This document shows, in pieces, positions 15,583 to 29,855 of a stretch of DNA of 64,000 nucleotides. Within the stretch, counting starts at the first letter, position 1. Every line of letters starts with the position of its first letter. A program made the translations under genes and the position numbers. The stretch comes from the human T2T-CHM13v2.0 reference genome, Homo sapiens: assembly GCF_009914755.1 (NCBI RefSeq), contig NC_060925.1; one strand, given 5' to 3'. The notes under the pieces are model-generated. The model was given only the letters and a program-made list of their open reading frames with translations. It did no database searches and was not told the DNA's origin.

Positions 15583-16518
15583 TATAATTGTAGGGTAGTG
15601 ATTTTATGAACTTGTTTTACATTTAAGAAAAATGAAGCAGAGAAATGTTATATGTCTCCCCAAAATTCAAACACCTAAGGAAAGACAGAACTAGGATCAG
15701 AACTAAAATTTTCAAGTTCTCCATTCAGTTTGCTTGATTCTTAAACCATGTTAGGGTCTAAGGAATCCCAATAAATAGCTCTCCTCTTTGCCTGTGTTCT
15801 GTACAAATTGAAAAAGGACTGGCAAATGGAAAACCAAAATATCCTTTGTTTCTGGTAGAGGCCAGGTTGGAGGATGTGGCAATCTGTTAGCCAAGTTGGC
15901 CTGCCTGTACTGAACCCCAATAAAGAAAAACCCTCCCCTAGAAGAGCAAACTAAAACGCTTTCTCTCTGTGAGCAACTCACTCCCAATAGGAAGGAACAT
16001 GGAGCCGAGCATGCCCAGATGTAACAGTCAGGTAAGATAATCCATTCACCCTGGAAGGGTGAGCAATGGAGAGGAGGAGGACAGGAGTAACGCTCAATGA
16101 GCTCCCTTTAACAAAAGGAAACATCATAAGTTGAGTAAAAATATTCTTACAATATGCCAAATTTATTTAATGTCAATCTAAGTGAGGCCTCGTTTGAAAA
16201 GTCCACATCTCACCCATCCAACTTCCATTAAGCCAGATAGATATGCCTTCTGGCCCTCTGTTAGCAAAGACAATAGCAATTTTTCAAGCCTTAAACTCTG
16301 AAGTACTGTGAAGTAGAGTGGAATGGAGTGTATACTAAACCATCCTGAAATCACACCACCATATTCAACTATTAGTTCTGCCTCTGTATAAAATTGACCT
16401 GACTGACCCTGACAAAAGAAAAACCTCTCTGTGTTTTGTCAATTTGTCAACTAATAAGAAACTACCTCAATTATAATATAGTTGTCATTTCTCATTCCAT
16501 TCCCACCTTCAGATGTAG

Positions 16519-16845
<327 letters not shown>

Positions 16846-17175
16846 TAAGCCCAAACAAATTTATCCTCTAGAAAAATTATCTGTTAGAAGAATCTGGATT
16901 TTAAATAGGTTGTCATCTTAGCATATTCCCAATTCATTACCAAATCCAGTTGCTTATTAGCTTCTTGTAGCCAATGCACGGTGCACAGTGAACATTTATA
17001 CTATAAGAATTCATAGATGGATTCCCCAAACCAAGGCAGCAAAGATTACTGATTGTCAAAGCCTTTTATAAAATAGGTGGAGAGCAGGAATGGTTCTCAT
17101 CATGTCCTGTCTCCACCATCTTGATTCATCTACAGTAAAAAGGGGGGAGGGTGTGGGTGTGGAAATAAGTTAGAT

Positions 17176-17243
17176 GTGTGTGTTGATGTGTGTGTGTGTT
17201 TGTGTGCGTGTGTCTGTGTGTGTGTGTGTCTGTGTGCGTGTGT
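17176..17243. repeat. Interrupted (TG)n microsatellite
   Basis: Direct reading. Confidence 0.9.
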
Positions 17244-19015
17244 TTCAAATTGCATTTTTTGGCTACATCTCCAGTGAGATGATTAAAGAACTTTAGCTCC
17301 TCGCAACCAGCCCAGCCAAAAGTTTGACTAGGCTTCACTTTCCCAATATGGTTCTCATTTACTTTCAGCCTTATTCATTTATTATTTGTCTTTCAGAGAA
17401 AAAGGCAGCAAGAAAAATCAACCTTGAGGTTTGTTAATTAGGCCTGCATTCTTGTTGATATATTTCAGGAAAACAATTGGTAACTTTTGCCTACTCTCTG
17501 GAGAACCTTATAATGTGGTTCTATTCATTCATCAGGGCTCAGTGAAGCTTTGGGGCCCACTCCTGTTTGGTGATCCTTAAATCCTTTTACATATGGAATT
17601 GTGGACCCTGTATCAGTTTTTAAAACTAATCTTTCTCCTTGCAGAGCTTCAGCAAGCAACCACTAGGATAATGTTAAAGATCTTCAGTGGTAAGAAGACA
17701 AGGAGCAAAGATTTTTATCTTACTTTGTGATTTTCATAATTAAAAAAGAAAGAAAGGAAAGGTAAGCACTAGCTCTCTCACTGCCCTCACTCACAAACAC
17801 CAAGCATTCTAATTCTGATTTCCTGTTTACTTGGTATGTGAGATCCTGACCCATCTTAAACTTAGTTTCATTTTTCATGATAAACAAAAATAAAGGCAGG
17901 AAATTGTGGGGAGATTTTCCCAAATGTGGAAACAGATAGAGTCAGGAAAAGAAGTCATATATGTGCCTTCTCATCTCTTTCCTCTTCACATTTATGCCTC
18001 TGCACAAAAGACTGACATGGTTCAGTCATTTTATCCAAGCCCCTTTTGTCATTTTCACCAAAATAAAATATTCAGGCTGGGATTCCCTAAGTAAGAACGG
18101 ATGTTTAAATAAAAAGTTCTCTATCTAATTATTTAATTATTCTGCTCAAGGAAATAGTCTGGGTGTTGTAGGAACTCAGAGATGAACTTGTAATCTTTAT
18201 AAAAGGAGCCCACATACAGGTCACAACAGAACAGACATGGAACAGAAAAGGAGAGGTTGAAAGGGATGGGGAGGAGGGGAGATTAAATATGCTCCTTATG
18301 ATACTGATATCACTTGGTTTAAGTGACTCCTTCTTCACACATCATCACAATTCTAAACCACTTCTTCTCTAGCAATGCAGCCAGGTGAAACAGGGTTAGG
18401 GTGAACAGCCACAGAAAGACCCCATCTCCCTGAGGGCATGTGTGGGACAGATCAAAGGTCAGTTCATCTTGCTTTGGCAGGGTGTTGGGATAGGCCTGAC
18501 TAAAGTGTCCTGTGCAACTAGAAGCATAGACTTCCCATCTGCTAAGATGAAGAAACTTGCAGGGTTGAATCCTGGGCCACTCCAAAGTTGAGAAGTCAGG
18601 AAAATGAGGAGGGATCAGCAGAGGAGACTGAGAAAGAGCAGCCAGTGAGGTGAGAGGAGAACCAAGAGATAATTATGTCCTAAAGGCCAACTGAAGAAGC
18701 GTTTCCAGAAGGTAATGACAACCTATCTCAGATGCTATTGACAGCCCAAGATGAGAAGTAAGAATTAAACCCTGGATTTAGGGATGACTTTGAACTGCAA
18801 GCATGCTCAACACATGGTATCCTGTCCATGAGTCTCAGTTCTTTGGTGGCACCAGTTTTTGAAACTATGGGGTTCTTTCCTCCAGTGACTGCCTTGCTGG
18901 ACACTGCTCAATTCCAACTGCCCTACCACCAGCCACTTGCCAGTTTAACAGCTTCAAGACCCAGGTCATCATGTCATTGTTTAGCATGTCAGAAAAACAT
19001 ACTAAGCAGCTTCAC

Positions 19016-19332
19016 TTTTTTGTTTTTGTTTTCTTTTATTTTGTTTGGAGACAGGGTCTTGCTCTGTCACCCAGACTGAAGTGCTATGGCATGGACATGG
19101 CTCACTGCAGGCTTGACCTCCCTGGCTCAATGTATCCGCCTACCTCAGCCTCCCAAGCAGCTGGAACTACAGGAGTGCACCACGACATTGGTCTAATTTT
19201 TATTTTTGTTTTTTGTAGAGACGAGGTCTTGCCACATTGCTCAGGCTGGTCTTGAACTCCTGGACTCAAGCAATTCTTCCACTGTAGCCTCCTGAGGTGG
19301 CAGGATTACAGCATAAGCCACCATGCCTGGCC
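19016..19332 (-). mobile_element. AluJ-like
   Basis: Diverged inverted Alu dimer. Confidence 0.9.
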
Positions 19333-19756
19333 TCAGTCACACTTTGGAAAAGAAGACTATGGATCTACATGTTCATTTTGTGGTCGAATTATAACCAACA
19401 CGCCACTCTATCTGCCTCCACTCTGCTTTTTCCATGCCTGTACTTAAATGCTTCTCAGAATTTTTAATGTACTTCCCTGCCTTTTGCCATAGATTTTATA
19501 CTCACTGAGAACCAATGTTCTGCCATATTCATCTCTTTATCTTTCACACTCACACCTAGTGCCTTACAAGTTGCTTTTAGCCAAAGTCACAGGAAACCTG
19601 ACTCACATGGATGTCAAGGGTACTTATTACCTTGTATAATAAGAAGTCCTAGGTTATGGTGCCTCCAGGATTGGTTAGCGTAGCTCCTCAGTGGCATCTC
19701 CAAGGGCTCAGTATGGCTCTGTCTTTTTCCTCTGCCATCCTCAGCATGCAGGCTCC

Positions 19757-20353
19757 TGTTAGAAATGCTTCTTCCCCAGTGCTGTAAAGAAATAGCACTT
19801 GAACATAAATTTTAACTACCTCAGCAAGGCCATTTTTACTTTCTGCAGAAAGGGTACACTCGCCAGCAGTTTTGCCACAAGAGTACACTGAACAAAGGAG
19901 ACAGGGTCATTTATAACTTTACGCGTCCACGCTACTGCTGTGTCCGGTGTCTGTTGTCTGGAAGGGGACCTCACATTCTGTATTTGTCCTGATCGGCTAG
20001 CAACTTAGAACTTTTCAAAAGAGGCAAAGGCAGAGGATAACAAAGGAAGGAGGAAGTAACTTGTGGAATGCTGAGAAAGGTAAAAACACCTTCAAATAAG
20101 GAATAGGAACAGGTATGACCTAATGCTTGCTTGGACCAGTATAAGCATGCCAGGGTAAATATTTAGGCTAAATTGTGGGAGCTAAGAACATAAAGTACAT
20201 TGATTTCTTTGTTACAGCTAGCAGATATTTAAGAATGTTAGCACAGGTCTTTGAATAAATTTTGCTCCTAAGAGAAGTTACTATTTATTCCTAATTAGAT
20301 GGGGAGGAAAGTCTTTGAAGACTTTCTTTTGAACCTCTACTTTACTTTTTAAA
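19757..20353 (-). mobile_element. LTR10C-like solo LTR (HERV-I group), nested in an MLT1-like LTR
   Basis: TGTTAGAAATGCTT..AAATAGCACTTGAACATAAAT..; 597 bp; perfect CTCC TSD (19753-19756 / 20354-20357). Confidence 0.82.
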
Positions 20354-20693
20354 CTCCCAACCCCAGTGAACCCTCCTCACAGTCATGAGCCTGCTGTTAC
20401 CTGCAGACATGGCAGTCTCTAGGGATGGCCCTTTGTAGGTAGGAACAAGGAAATCTTTCTCAGAAGCTCCCAGGCAGACATCCCCTTGTATTCATTGGTG
20501 GAACAGAGTACCATGCCCATCCCTTAACCAGGCACTGGCATAGAAATAGGCTTCCCATGATGAAGACTAATCAGTTTTTACCCTTGAGTAATGGGATCAA
20601 CTTTTCTAAGCAGGCACTTGAGTAATGGGATCAACTTTTCCAAACACATGGTTCAGTGGAAGAAGGTGAATACCTGAAAAAAAATCAGGTTCT

Positions 20694-20984
20694 GGCCGGG
20701 TGTGGTGGCTCATGCCTGTAATCCCAGCACTTTGGGAGGCCGAGGTGGGCGGATCACGAGGTCAGGAGATCGAGACCATCCTGGCTAACACAGTGAAACC
20801 CTACTAAAAATACAAAAAATTATCTGGGAGTGGTGGCACATGCCTCTAGTCCCAGTTACTGGGGAGGCTGAAGCAGTAGAATCGCTCAAACCTGGGAGGC
20901 AGAGGTTGCAGTGAGCTCAGATCGCACTACTGCACTCCAGCCTGGGCGACAGAGCAAGACTCCATCTTAAAAAAAAAAAAAAAA
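20694..20984 (+). mobile_element. Alu (Sc/Y-like)
   Basis: GGATCACGAGGTCAGGAGATCGAGACCATCCTGGCTAACAC; poly-A tail; TSD-like aaatcaggttct / aattcagggttct. Confidence 0.95.
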
Positions 20985-23060
20985 TTCAGGGTTCTACTAC
21001 CAAGGAAGAAGTTGGAGAAGGATGGGGATTGGGGGATAAATTTGGTGTATGCAACCTATAGTGTCTAACAAAATAACACATGATAGCAATGTCTATTGAA
21101 TTTCACCTCACCTTAGATTGAATTATTTCATCAGTTCTAGGAACAGAGCTGTGAGAAGGTGGGATCTGGGTCAGAAAGGCTTTGCTGGGGAGAAGGAATA
21201 AAACACACAGGGAAGACTGAGAGCCTGAGGCCTCACGCAGCTGAAGAGCCAATGGGGTGTGAAGTCTCAGTAGGGAGGAGCTGAAAGCCAACCCGGAAAT
21301 GCATCTATATACCAAGCACTGCCTTAGGATATCCACACACATTATCCTATTGAATCTTCATAAGAGCCCTTCAAATATACACAGTATTATTCTCCTATTA
21401 CAAATGAAGAAATCAAGGCTCAGAGGAGCTGGTGGCTTACAAGGGTCACCTAGCTAGTGAGTAGCAGAGAGAATTATATTGGCTGCTGACAGTGGCTGCA
21501 ACCTTTTCTATATGGTCCAAGTTTCTAAGGAATCATAGGAATGCAGACCTCAGCCAAACAAATACTCTGTTATTATATGAGGCTTTGGGTCCCCAACATC
21601 CAAGAAGTCTCCTGGCAAGATGGGTCACTAATGAGCAGTGACATTTTAGGGGGGGTAGGAAGATTGAAGTGTTAGGAATGGGGAAGCTAAAAGCAAATTT
21701 ACAAAACCCAATTGGCTAAAAATAAGGTAGCTAAAAATCAGTTTTGTAAAATCATTCATTTGCTGAATTATTAATTTTCCAAACTAGTACTTACTAAATT
21801 CTTGTTGATGTTAGCTGCTCCTAGAGTTTGTAGCAACTCATGTTGTTTGTGACAGTTTCAACAGACTTTGCACAACTTTTCTACATTTGGTTTCCCAGAG
21901 GCTTTGCCAAAGCCAGAAGAACTAAGTACCATAGAAGAATTCTGCATATGAGAGAGCTTTGTACATGTAATCCTTGACGGAAGAATGGCCCCCGCTTTCA
22001 GAGATGTTTGAGTGCATGGCTTAGGGAGGGATTCCAGGAAGCAGTGAGGAGTGTCCATGCAGGCAGCCAATGATGCTGAATCATCCAGAACTGTGCATGC
22101 AGGGACATGTGTGGCAGCCCCTACAGGCAAGCCGGGGCTAGATGTTGAAGAATCCTAAATGTCAAGTTAGTGAGTTTGACATTCCCAGGAGGTGCTGAGG
22201 AATCACTGAGTGTTATAGTGCCAAGAGTGTAGACGATACCTGCAAGAGTGCCTGGCACACAAGAGGCACCCAGTATGAGCTCACTGAATGAATAGCTCAC
22301 CTTAGGATGCTCCAGGTTCTTCTGCTTCCACATAAACAACAAGGCTGTAAGCATCCTCCTCTTTGAAGCAGAAGGCTATTACACTGATAGTAGTTCTGCT
22401 CTCAGTAGGTAGAGGCCACAGCTGAATCTTTTGTATTAGGGTATAAGACTGCTAAAAGTTGGTATATTATTATTTAATTATCATCATCACTATTATTTGA
22501 TAAGTAGCCATGCTGCAGAATGGTGCCTGGGAAGTGCTGGGGCCCTAACTCAGAGACTGATGGCTCAAAACCATCCTCTGCTCCTAACGTTTAAAACCTC
22601 GTGGTGGGAGAACTAGTTATTGTATTAAAATTAAGGTATTCAAGGAGTTATATAAAACAATGCATATTATAATCTCAGTTTTATTATCTTCTTTCCCAAT
22701 CATTTGTCTATTGAGGTACTAGAAACAAGTGTATGAGAATGTTTAGAATGTGTTTAATTTCGTTGAATTTGAACACTAGGCCAAAAGTGCTAGAATCTCA
22801 GTGAAAACTGAGGCTGGCACCTTCCTGGCTGCATGATCTTGAGTGAGCTTCTTATCCTTTCTGGCCTCCTGCTTCCTCAGCTGTAAAACCCATAGCACCT
22901 ACCACAAGATGTTGTTCTGAAGGTTAAATGACACTATGCATGTGATATTTGAATGAGGTGCTCCCACTCTAACTATGCTGACAGGTTCTCTCCCTAAGCA
23001 CCTTGCATATTTTTTGGAATAAGTGTGGTCCAGCCGCATTGCTTATTCTCTAATAGTAGC

Positions 23061-23176
23061 TATTTTATAATAAAGGGTTGAATGTCTCATGTAATTTATT
23101 GAATACTGTACTGAAAGTGAAAAACAGAATGATCGTATGGGTATGCAAAGCATGGTTTCTGCTGAGTGCACATGGC
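23061..23176 (+). mobile_element. Tigger4a/MER46A fragment
   Basis: GAATGTCTCATGTAATTTATTGAATACTGTACTGAAAGTGAAAAACAGAATG resembles the consensus. Confidence 0.7.
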
Positions 23177-23364
23177 ACAAAGAGAAGCCATAGGAATGTA
23201 AAGCTGTTTCTCCAGTTCACCCGTACAACACCCTTCACAGAGGTTCCCGACATCATCAGACCAACAGTTCTTTTTATAATACAGGTGTAATTGTTGCCCC
23301 TTTACCATCCTAAGATTAAATTCATAGTTTAACCTACCTCTGCACATTATTATAAAAATCAATA

Positions 23365-23660
<296 letters not shown>

Positions 23661-23825
23661 CTATCCTAACTGTAATAGACAGGTGAAAACATAGTACTCT
23701 GTGATAAAAATATGCAACTTAATATGTATATATTCACACATAAACAGACCAGAGGACATAATTGGGTCACATGCTTGCACCTACTTAAAATAATAGTTTG
23801 AATTAAAAAAATAATAATAACACCA

Positions 23826-24107
23826 TACCTGTAATCCCAGAACTTTAGGAGGCTGAGACAGGAGGACCATTTGAACCTAGGAGTTTTGAACCAAGGCTGG
23901 ACAGCAAAGTGGGGCCCCATCTCTACCAAAAAAAAAAAAAATTACCCGGATGTGGTGGCGCGCGCCTGTAGCCCCAGCTAGTCAGGAGGCTGAAGTGGGA
24001 GGATCTGTTGAGCCTGAGAGGTCAAGGCTGCAGTAAGCTGAGATGGTGCCTCTGTACTCCAGCCTGGGTGATAGAGTAAAACCCTGTCTGAAAATAATAA
24101 TAATAAT
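23826..24107 (+). mobile_element. AluJ-like, slightly 5'-truncated
   Basis: Alu dimer with (AAT)n tail. Confidence 0.9.
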
Positions 24108-25739
24108 ATCAGAAGACACTCTGTACAAGAAGTGCAGGAAAATGAAACAGCAGAAATACTGGACACTAGAATAAAACCTTGATTCAGATAAATAACAATA
24201 GACCAGGCTGATTATTTGTATGTGATAAGAGATAAAAGGAAATAACCTTAATCAATGAGGAAAGGAAATATGTTTTACATTTGGGTCCATGGAGAATGAA
24301 TAAAAGAATGCAGCTACAGGAGGCAAGACATAAACAGAGATCAATAATTCAGCAGAAGCTGGAACTTATGAAGTATCTAAAAGAAGTGTCCATCCTCTGA
24401 GAATCCATGGAAATATGGAAAGGGAGGAATAGGAATTTCAAATTCTATGTGATATGGGAGCTAGAGCCAGTTTGCTTTTTAATACTGAAGAGAAGGTGGC
24501 CCCATATGACAAGAGGATCAGGAACATTTGGGAGGCTGAAACTTGGGTTACAAATCACAGTCCAGGTAGTGTTGCTGTCACTGTGTGAGATTTATCAACA
24601 GAATAAACAATGTACCTCTTTCAGAGTAGGCACTTACGAAAGACTGGTTGTCAGCTGAGTGAATATGTGTTTGGTAAATGGCACCCTTGTATAACTCAGA
24701 CAACAAGCCTACTTAATATTTAGGCTTTTGTTTATTGTGCACCCACTGTGATGGTGCTTTATCTACACTACCTAATTCCTATAACAACTCTGTAAGGCAC
24801 ATACTGTTATCTTTATTTCATGAGGATGAAAACCCAGATTTGGAAAGTTAAACCCAGATTTGAAAGTTAAACCCAGATTTGGTCAAGCTCTTGGTAGGAT
24901 GTGAATGCAACTGTTTCATATTTGACTCTCACCCCCATCCTAGGCAGTAGGTGGCTAGAAACAGGAATTACTGTTCTCACTTTGGCTTTGAGTCCCCTGA
25001 CGCCAGCGGCAGGGATGCAACTTGCTGGATGCTGTACAGCTGATGTGCATCATCCCTCTTCTGCCTGGAAAGTCCCTGTCTTCTCAGCATTTACATAATA
25101 TCTTGTGATATGTGCATCAAATTTGTTTTTGGGATCTCAGAAATCAGCTGCAATCTTAGGCAAATTAAATTAAACCCTACTACCCAAATATGAGCATGGT
25201 AACTTTCATATCAGAGAGCAGAAATTTAAATGTCACTTAGTTAAGGTCATTTAGTTAAGATCTGTGCTCAGTATGGGAACAATTAGCTAACAGATTGTAA
25301 ATAAATTCTCTGATTACTTTCAGGGGTGGAATAGTGAGTTGTTACAAAGCCATTCCTGGATACGATGGTGATGTGGCTCTATCATCTGCATCAAATTTCT
25401 TGTTGGTTTTGACCCTGCATAGTGGGCTGAGCTGTTCTGCCTTCCTCGCTCATTGCTCTTTGAACAATCTTCCCAAATGTGCATGCTGGACTGAAGGTCC
25501 CAGTGAGTGGAAAACCCTTCTCCTATCAGGATCATTCAAGGGTGAAGCATCTCCTGAGAAGCAGAAGACCCTGTGAAACAGGTTTGTAGAAACCAGTATT
25601 ATGGTTATATGTTCTCTCTAATTAGTGACTATGCGCTATTAGAATGAAGCCTAAGTGAAGTAAAATAACTAGAACTTGTATACTTTAAAGGTAGAAATGT
25701 AAAATGGGACTACTTTTTCTTATAGTTAAAAATACACCT

Positions 25740-26285
25740 GCCTTGTTACTCATCAACTTTACTATGAAGCATTTATCTCGGAGAAATAAAATATAGTCAC
25801 AAAAAATTGTGTAAGAATATTCACAGTGGTTTTATTCATAATAGCCCCCCAAACTGGAAACCATTAGAATGCCCACCAACAGGTGAATGGATAAAACAAA
25901 TGTGGATTAAATTCATACAATAGAACAATGCTGAGCAATGGAAAAAAACAGTGAAATACTCATGCAAGCAAAACACAGTTGACTCAAAAGAGCATGTTGA
26001 ACAAAAAGAGTCATAAATAAACATTTAATTGATTCCAATAATTTGAAATTCCAGAGCAACAATTTGAAATTCTATGTGATGATGCAAAAAGTCAGAACAG
26101 TGACTACCTCTGTGGGTGAAACAGCATTGACTGGGAAAAGACAAGGAAACGTTCTGTAATGATGAAAATGTTCAATTATCTTGAATGTGGTGGTAACTTG
26201 ATGCCTGTCTTGCAGAAACTTGAAGAGCTGTACACTTAAAATGGATGTGTTTTACAGTGTGTGAATTATATTCTAATTTAAAAAA
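25740..26285 (+). mobile_element. Old L1M 3' fragment
   Basis: AATAGCCCCCCAAACTGGAAA..AATGCCCACCAACAGGTGAATGGATAAA..; GCTGTACACTTAAAATGG..; A-tail. Confidence 0.8.
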
Positions 26286-26391
26286 ATGAAACCTAAGATG
26301 ATTTCAGCTACTGGAAGATCATAACTATGTTCTGTTTCCACTCCTGCCTTCTCTTCTATTTCTTTCTTTTATGCTTCAAGCCTTAAATGCT

Positions 26392-27718
26392 ACCCCTGCA
26401 GCAAACATTTGCCTGGGCATCCAGGCATTTCTATACATCTGATATCTACGTGGAGGTTTCCAGACCTCAATTCTTGACTTCCGTGCACCCGCAGGCTGCC
26501 AAGGCTTGGGGCTTTCTTCCATCTTCTGAAGCCACAGCCTGAGCTGTACTTTGGCCTCTTTCAGCCACAGCTGGAGCAGCTGTGACACAGGTCACCAAGT
26601 CCGCAGGCTGCACACAGCATGGGGACCCTGGACCCCACTCATGCAACCACTTTTTCCTCCTGGGCTTTCGGGCCTCTGATGGGAGAGGCTGCCGTGAAGG
26701 TCTCTGACGGCCTGGAGACATTTTCCTGTGGTCTTGGGGATTAACATTAGGCTCCTTGATACTTATGCAAATTTCTGCAGCGGGCTTGAATTTCTCCTCA
26801 AAAAAAAAATTCTTTTTTCTCCTGCATTATCAGGCTGCAAGTTTTCTGAACGTTTATGCTCTGTTTCCATTTAAAAATGAAATGTTTTTAACAATACCCA
26901 AGTCACCTTTTGAACGCTTTGCTGCTTAGAAATTTCTTCCACAAGATACCCTAAATCATCTCTCTCAATTTCAAAGTTCCGCAAATCTCTAGGGCAGGGG
27001 CAAAATGCCACTCGTCTCTCTGTTAAAACATAACAACAGTCACCTTTACTTGAGTTCCCAACAAGTTCCTCATCTCCACCTGAGACCACCTCAGCCTGGA
27101 CCTTATTGTCCATATTGCTATCAGCATTTTGGGTAAAGCTATTCAACAAGTCTCTAGGAAGTTCCCACATTTTCCTGTCTTCTTCTGAGCCCTCCAAACT
27201 GTTCCAATCTCTGCCTGTTACCCAGTTCCAAAGTCGCTTCCAGATGTTTGGGTATCTTTTCAATAATGCTCCACTCTACTGGCACCTATTTATTGTATTA
27301 GTCTATTTTCATGCTGTTGATAAAGTCATATCCGAGACTGGGAAGAAAAGAGGTTTAATTGGACTTACAGTTCCACATGGCTGGGGAGTCCTCAGGATCA
27401 TGGCGGGAGGCAAAAGGCACTTCTTCTTACATGCGGGCAGCAAGAGAAAATGAGGAAGAAGCAAAAGCAGAAACCTCTGATAAATCCATCAGATCTCATG
27501 AGACTTATTGACTATCATGAGAATAGCACAGGAAAGACTGGCCCCATGATTCAATTACCTCCCCATGGGTCCCTCCCACAATAGGTTAATATTAGGTTGG
27601 TGCAAAAGTAACAGTGGTTTTGCCATTAAAAGTAATTAATGCAACCTTGGGTTGTTGGGAATTCTGGGAGATACAATTCAAGTTGAGATTTGGGTGAGGA
27701 CACAGCTAAACCATATTA
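26392..27718 (-). mobile_element. THE1A MaLR: 5' LTR (27294-27718) plus partial internal region; 3' half missing
   Basis: TGTATTAGTCTATTTTCATGCTG..GAGACTGGGAAGAAAAGAGGTTTAATTGGACTTACAG. The internal region is homologous to 39830-40776. Confidence 0.88.
27592..27634 (+). mobile_element. Half MADE1 (Hsmar1 TIR)
   Basis: TA-TTAGGTTGGTGCAAAAGTAACAGTGGTTTTGCCATT. Confidence 0.85.
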
Positions 27719-28240
27719 GGCTCTAAATGGGAGTCAGTGGTGCCCATATGAGGAAGGGACTGAGGGTCTCACTAGACTTTTATAATATAATAAAGCTACC
27801 CCCAGTGAAGCTGATTGTACCAACATAAGCTGGTGTGCTCACTTGGAGTTCAGCTGCTGGATATGTCAACGTCCTTGAGAGTTCAAAAATGTAAACATCA
27901 GTCCAAGAACCAAAGATGCCCTGACCTTTGCATTAAGTTGGCCATACCCTTCCAGAGGAGACCATGGTAGAAAGCAGAGAGAGCAGGGTGAGACTGGGCA
28001 GAGATGGGAATGAGTAATGCTGACTGCATCCTGCCCCTCCTTCTTTGAGAATTCAAGTTTTAAAATCTGTTCTCTAATTCCACAATAAACAATCATCATG
28101 CACCTACTATGTACCAGGCTCTGGGCCGGGCAGTGGGATTCAAGAATGAATACAACATGGCTCCTGGCCTCAAGGAACTCAAAGTCCTGAAAAAGCCACA
28201 CTGTAATGACAAGCCGCAATACCGTGTGACAAGTTTCTCC

Positions 28241-28241
28241 C

Positions 28242-28296
<55 letters not shown>
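28241..28296. repeat. (CT)n(CA)n compound microsatellite
   Basis: Direct reading. Confidence 0.95.
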
Positions 28297-28297
<1 letters not shown>

Positions 28298-29811
28298 CCA
28301 GCTCTGCCCAGTGGCACTGAGGAAGGTTTCATGGATGGAGAAACACATCAACTGAGTCCTAAGGATGAGGAATGATTAGTATGTTCCAGAATGAAGGAAC
28401 AGCAAGTACAAAGCAGAAGCTTTTTAAAAAATGTGTTTTGATGTAGGCAGAGGCAAAAGTCCCCCAGTGGGCTGTTAGAACTTTCTTGAAGACTCAGAGA
28501 GTCTTGAAGAGTTCCTTACCAGCTTAACTACTGGCTTCCCACTCCCTGCTGAATAAACTCTTGGTTCAGCAGGCCTGAGGCCTTGGCTATATACCCATAC
28601 CCCAGTTCATGTAACAGCAGGACCTGTGGGCTCAGTTTCAGACCCAAGGACTAGGGCTAGTAGAAGAAAATATAGTTCAATTTATGTGAAAGGGCCAGCT
28701 GAAATATCTGTCATTCTGGCAGTGTTCCCTGGTCACCCTAGCCAGAAGCCATCTTGCCCTCCTCTGGTCTCCTATTGGCAACTCTTTGCAGTATTAATTA
28801 AAAGCACAATAGTTAAATGTGGACTCTGGGGCCAGAATGCCTGGCTTTGAATTCCGGAATGCCTGGCCTCCACCTCCATATCTGTAAAACAGAGATAAAA
28901 ATGATCCCCACCTAATGAGTGAAGAACTGCTAAACCCTTAATACACTGCTTGGCACATAGTAAATGCTCTGTAAGTGTTATTAATTACTATTATTGAAAA
29001 TAATGCAACCATTTCTTGAGCATTTATTGGTACTAAGGGCAATGCTAGGCCGTTTACATGCCTTATCATTGCTCGGCACAGGGTGCTGAGTGTCTGAGCA
29101 CAGAGGATGTTACAATATTAGGTGACTTTAGGGAGCACATTGTTGCTTTCTGAGTAGAAGAAACTTTCTCTCCTGCTGAAGCCACCTAACTCACAGTAAG
29201 TTGTGTTTGATCCTGGATCAACATAAATGCCTTGAAGAATACACACTGTCTCCAAGATGCCAGGGACTCTCACATCAACAGGCTGTTGACAGTGGATCCC
29301 ACAGCATTTCACACATAGGCACCCATGTCCTCAACCCCAGATACCCAGCAGATTCTGAAATCCTGATTGTTTTTCCTGTGCCCAGCAACTGACTTTCTCC
29401 ATGATCTTGGGAAGGTGTACAATCCCAGCTCTAGCTACCTAACTCATCTTCACATCCAGAAACCCCGCTTCCTCCAGTCAGATCTGATCTATGTAGCAAG
29501 CTCAGCAGCTAGAGGGACACACTTCCTTCCTACTTTAGACCCTATAAAGCGAACACAAACAATGCAGCCCTATGACAGAAGTCATTGGCCTTGGACTAAG
29601 GTCTTCAGCAGGCTCTCTTTCAGGTTTTCTTCCCATCTCTTCCAGTAACTGACTCTGCAGAGCTGCCCCCATCCACCGGGTAGCCATTACAAAGAGGTTC
29701 ACAGCCTATAAGGGGCTTGGTGGCTGCAGAAATACGCAAACTGTCTTTAGTTTGACTTAGCCATCTATGACTGGTTTGGCTTCAGTTTGCAATGACCCAA
29801 GTTTGCATTAA

Positions 29812-29855
29812 TTACTTTCAATAGCAAAACCACGGTTACTTTTGCACCAACCTAA
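29812..29855 (-). mobile_element. Half MADE1 (Hsmar1 TIR)
   Basis: AATAGCAAAACCACGGTTACTTTTGCACCAACCTAA-TA. Confidence 0.85.

Noticed and set aside
20110-20165. p53 response element in the LTR10 copy
   Set aside because: Only imperfect half sites (e.g. AAGCATGCCA) without a properly spaced partner are visible.
20583-20640. CRISPR-like repeat-spacer pattern
   Set aside because: Only two copies with a 10-bp spacer, in eukaryotic context, with no cas genes.
26376-27453. ORFs in THE1 internal regions (also 39414-40388)
   Set aside because: Fragmented MaLR internal ORF remnants with stops and frameshifts.
27592-29855. A true 2.3-kb mariner transposon bounded by the two TIRs
   Set aside because: The THE1A LTR continues on both sides of the left TIR, there is no transposase, and identity extends outside the TIRs. 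A duplication explains it better.
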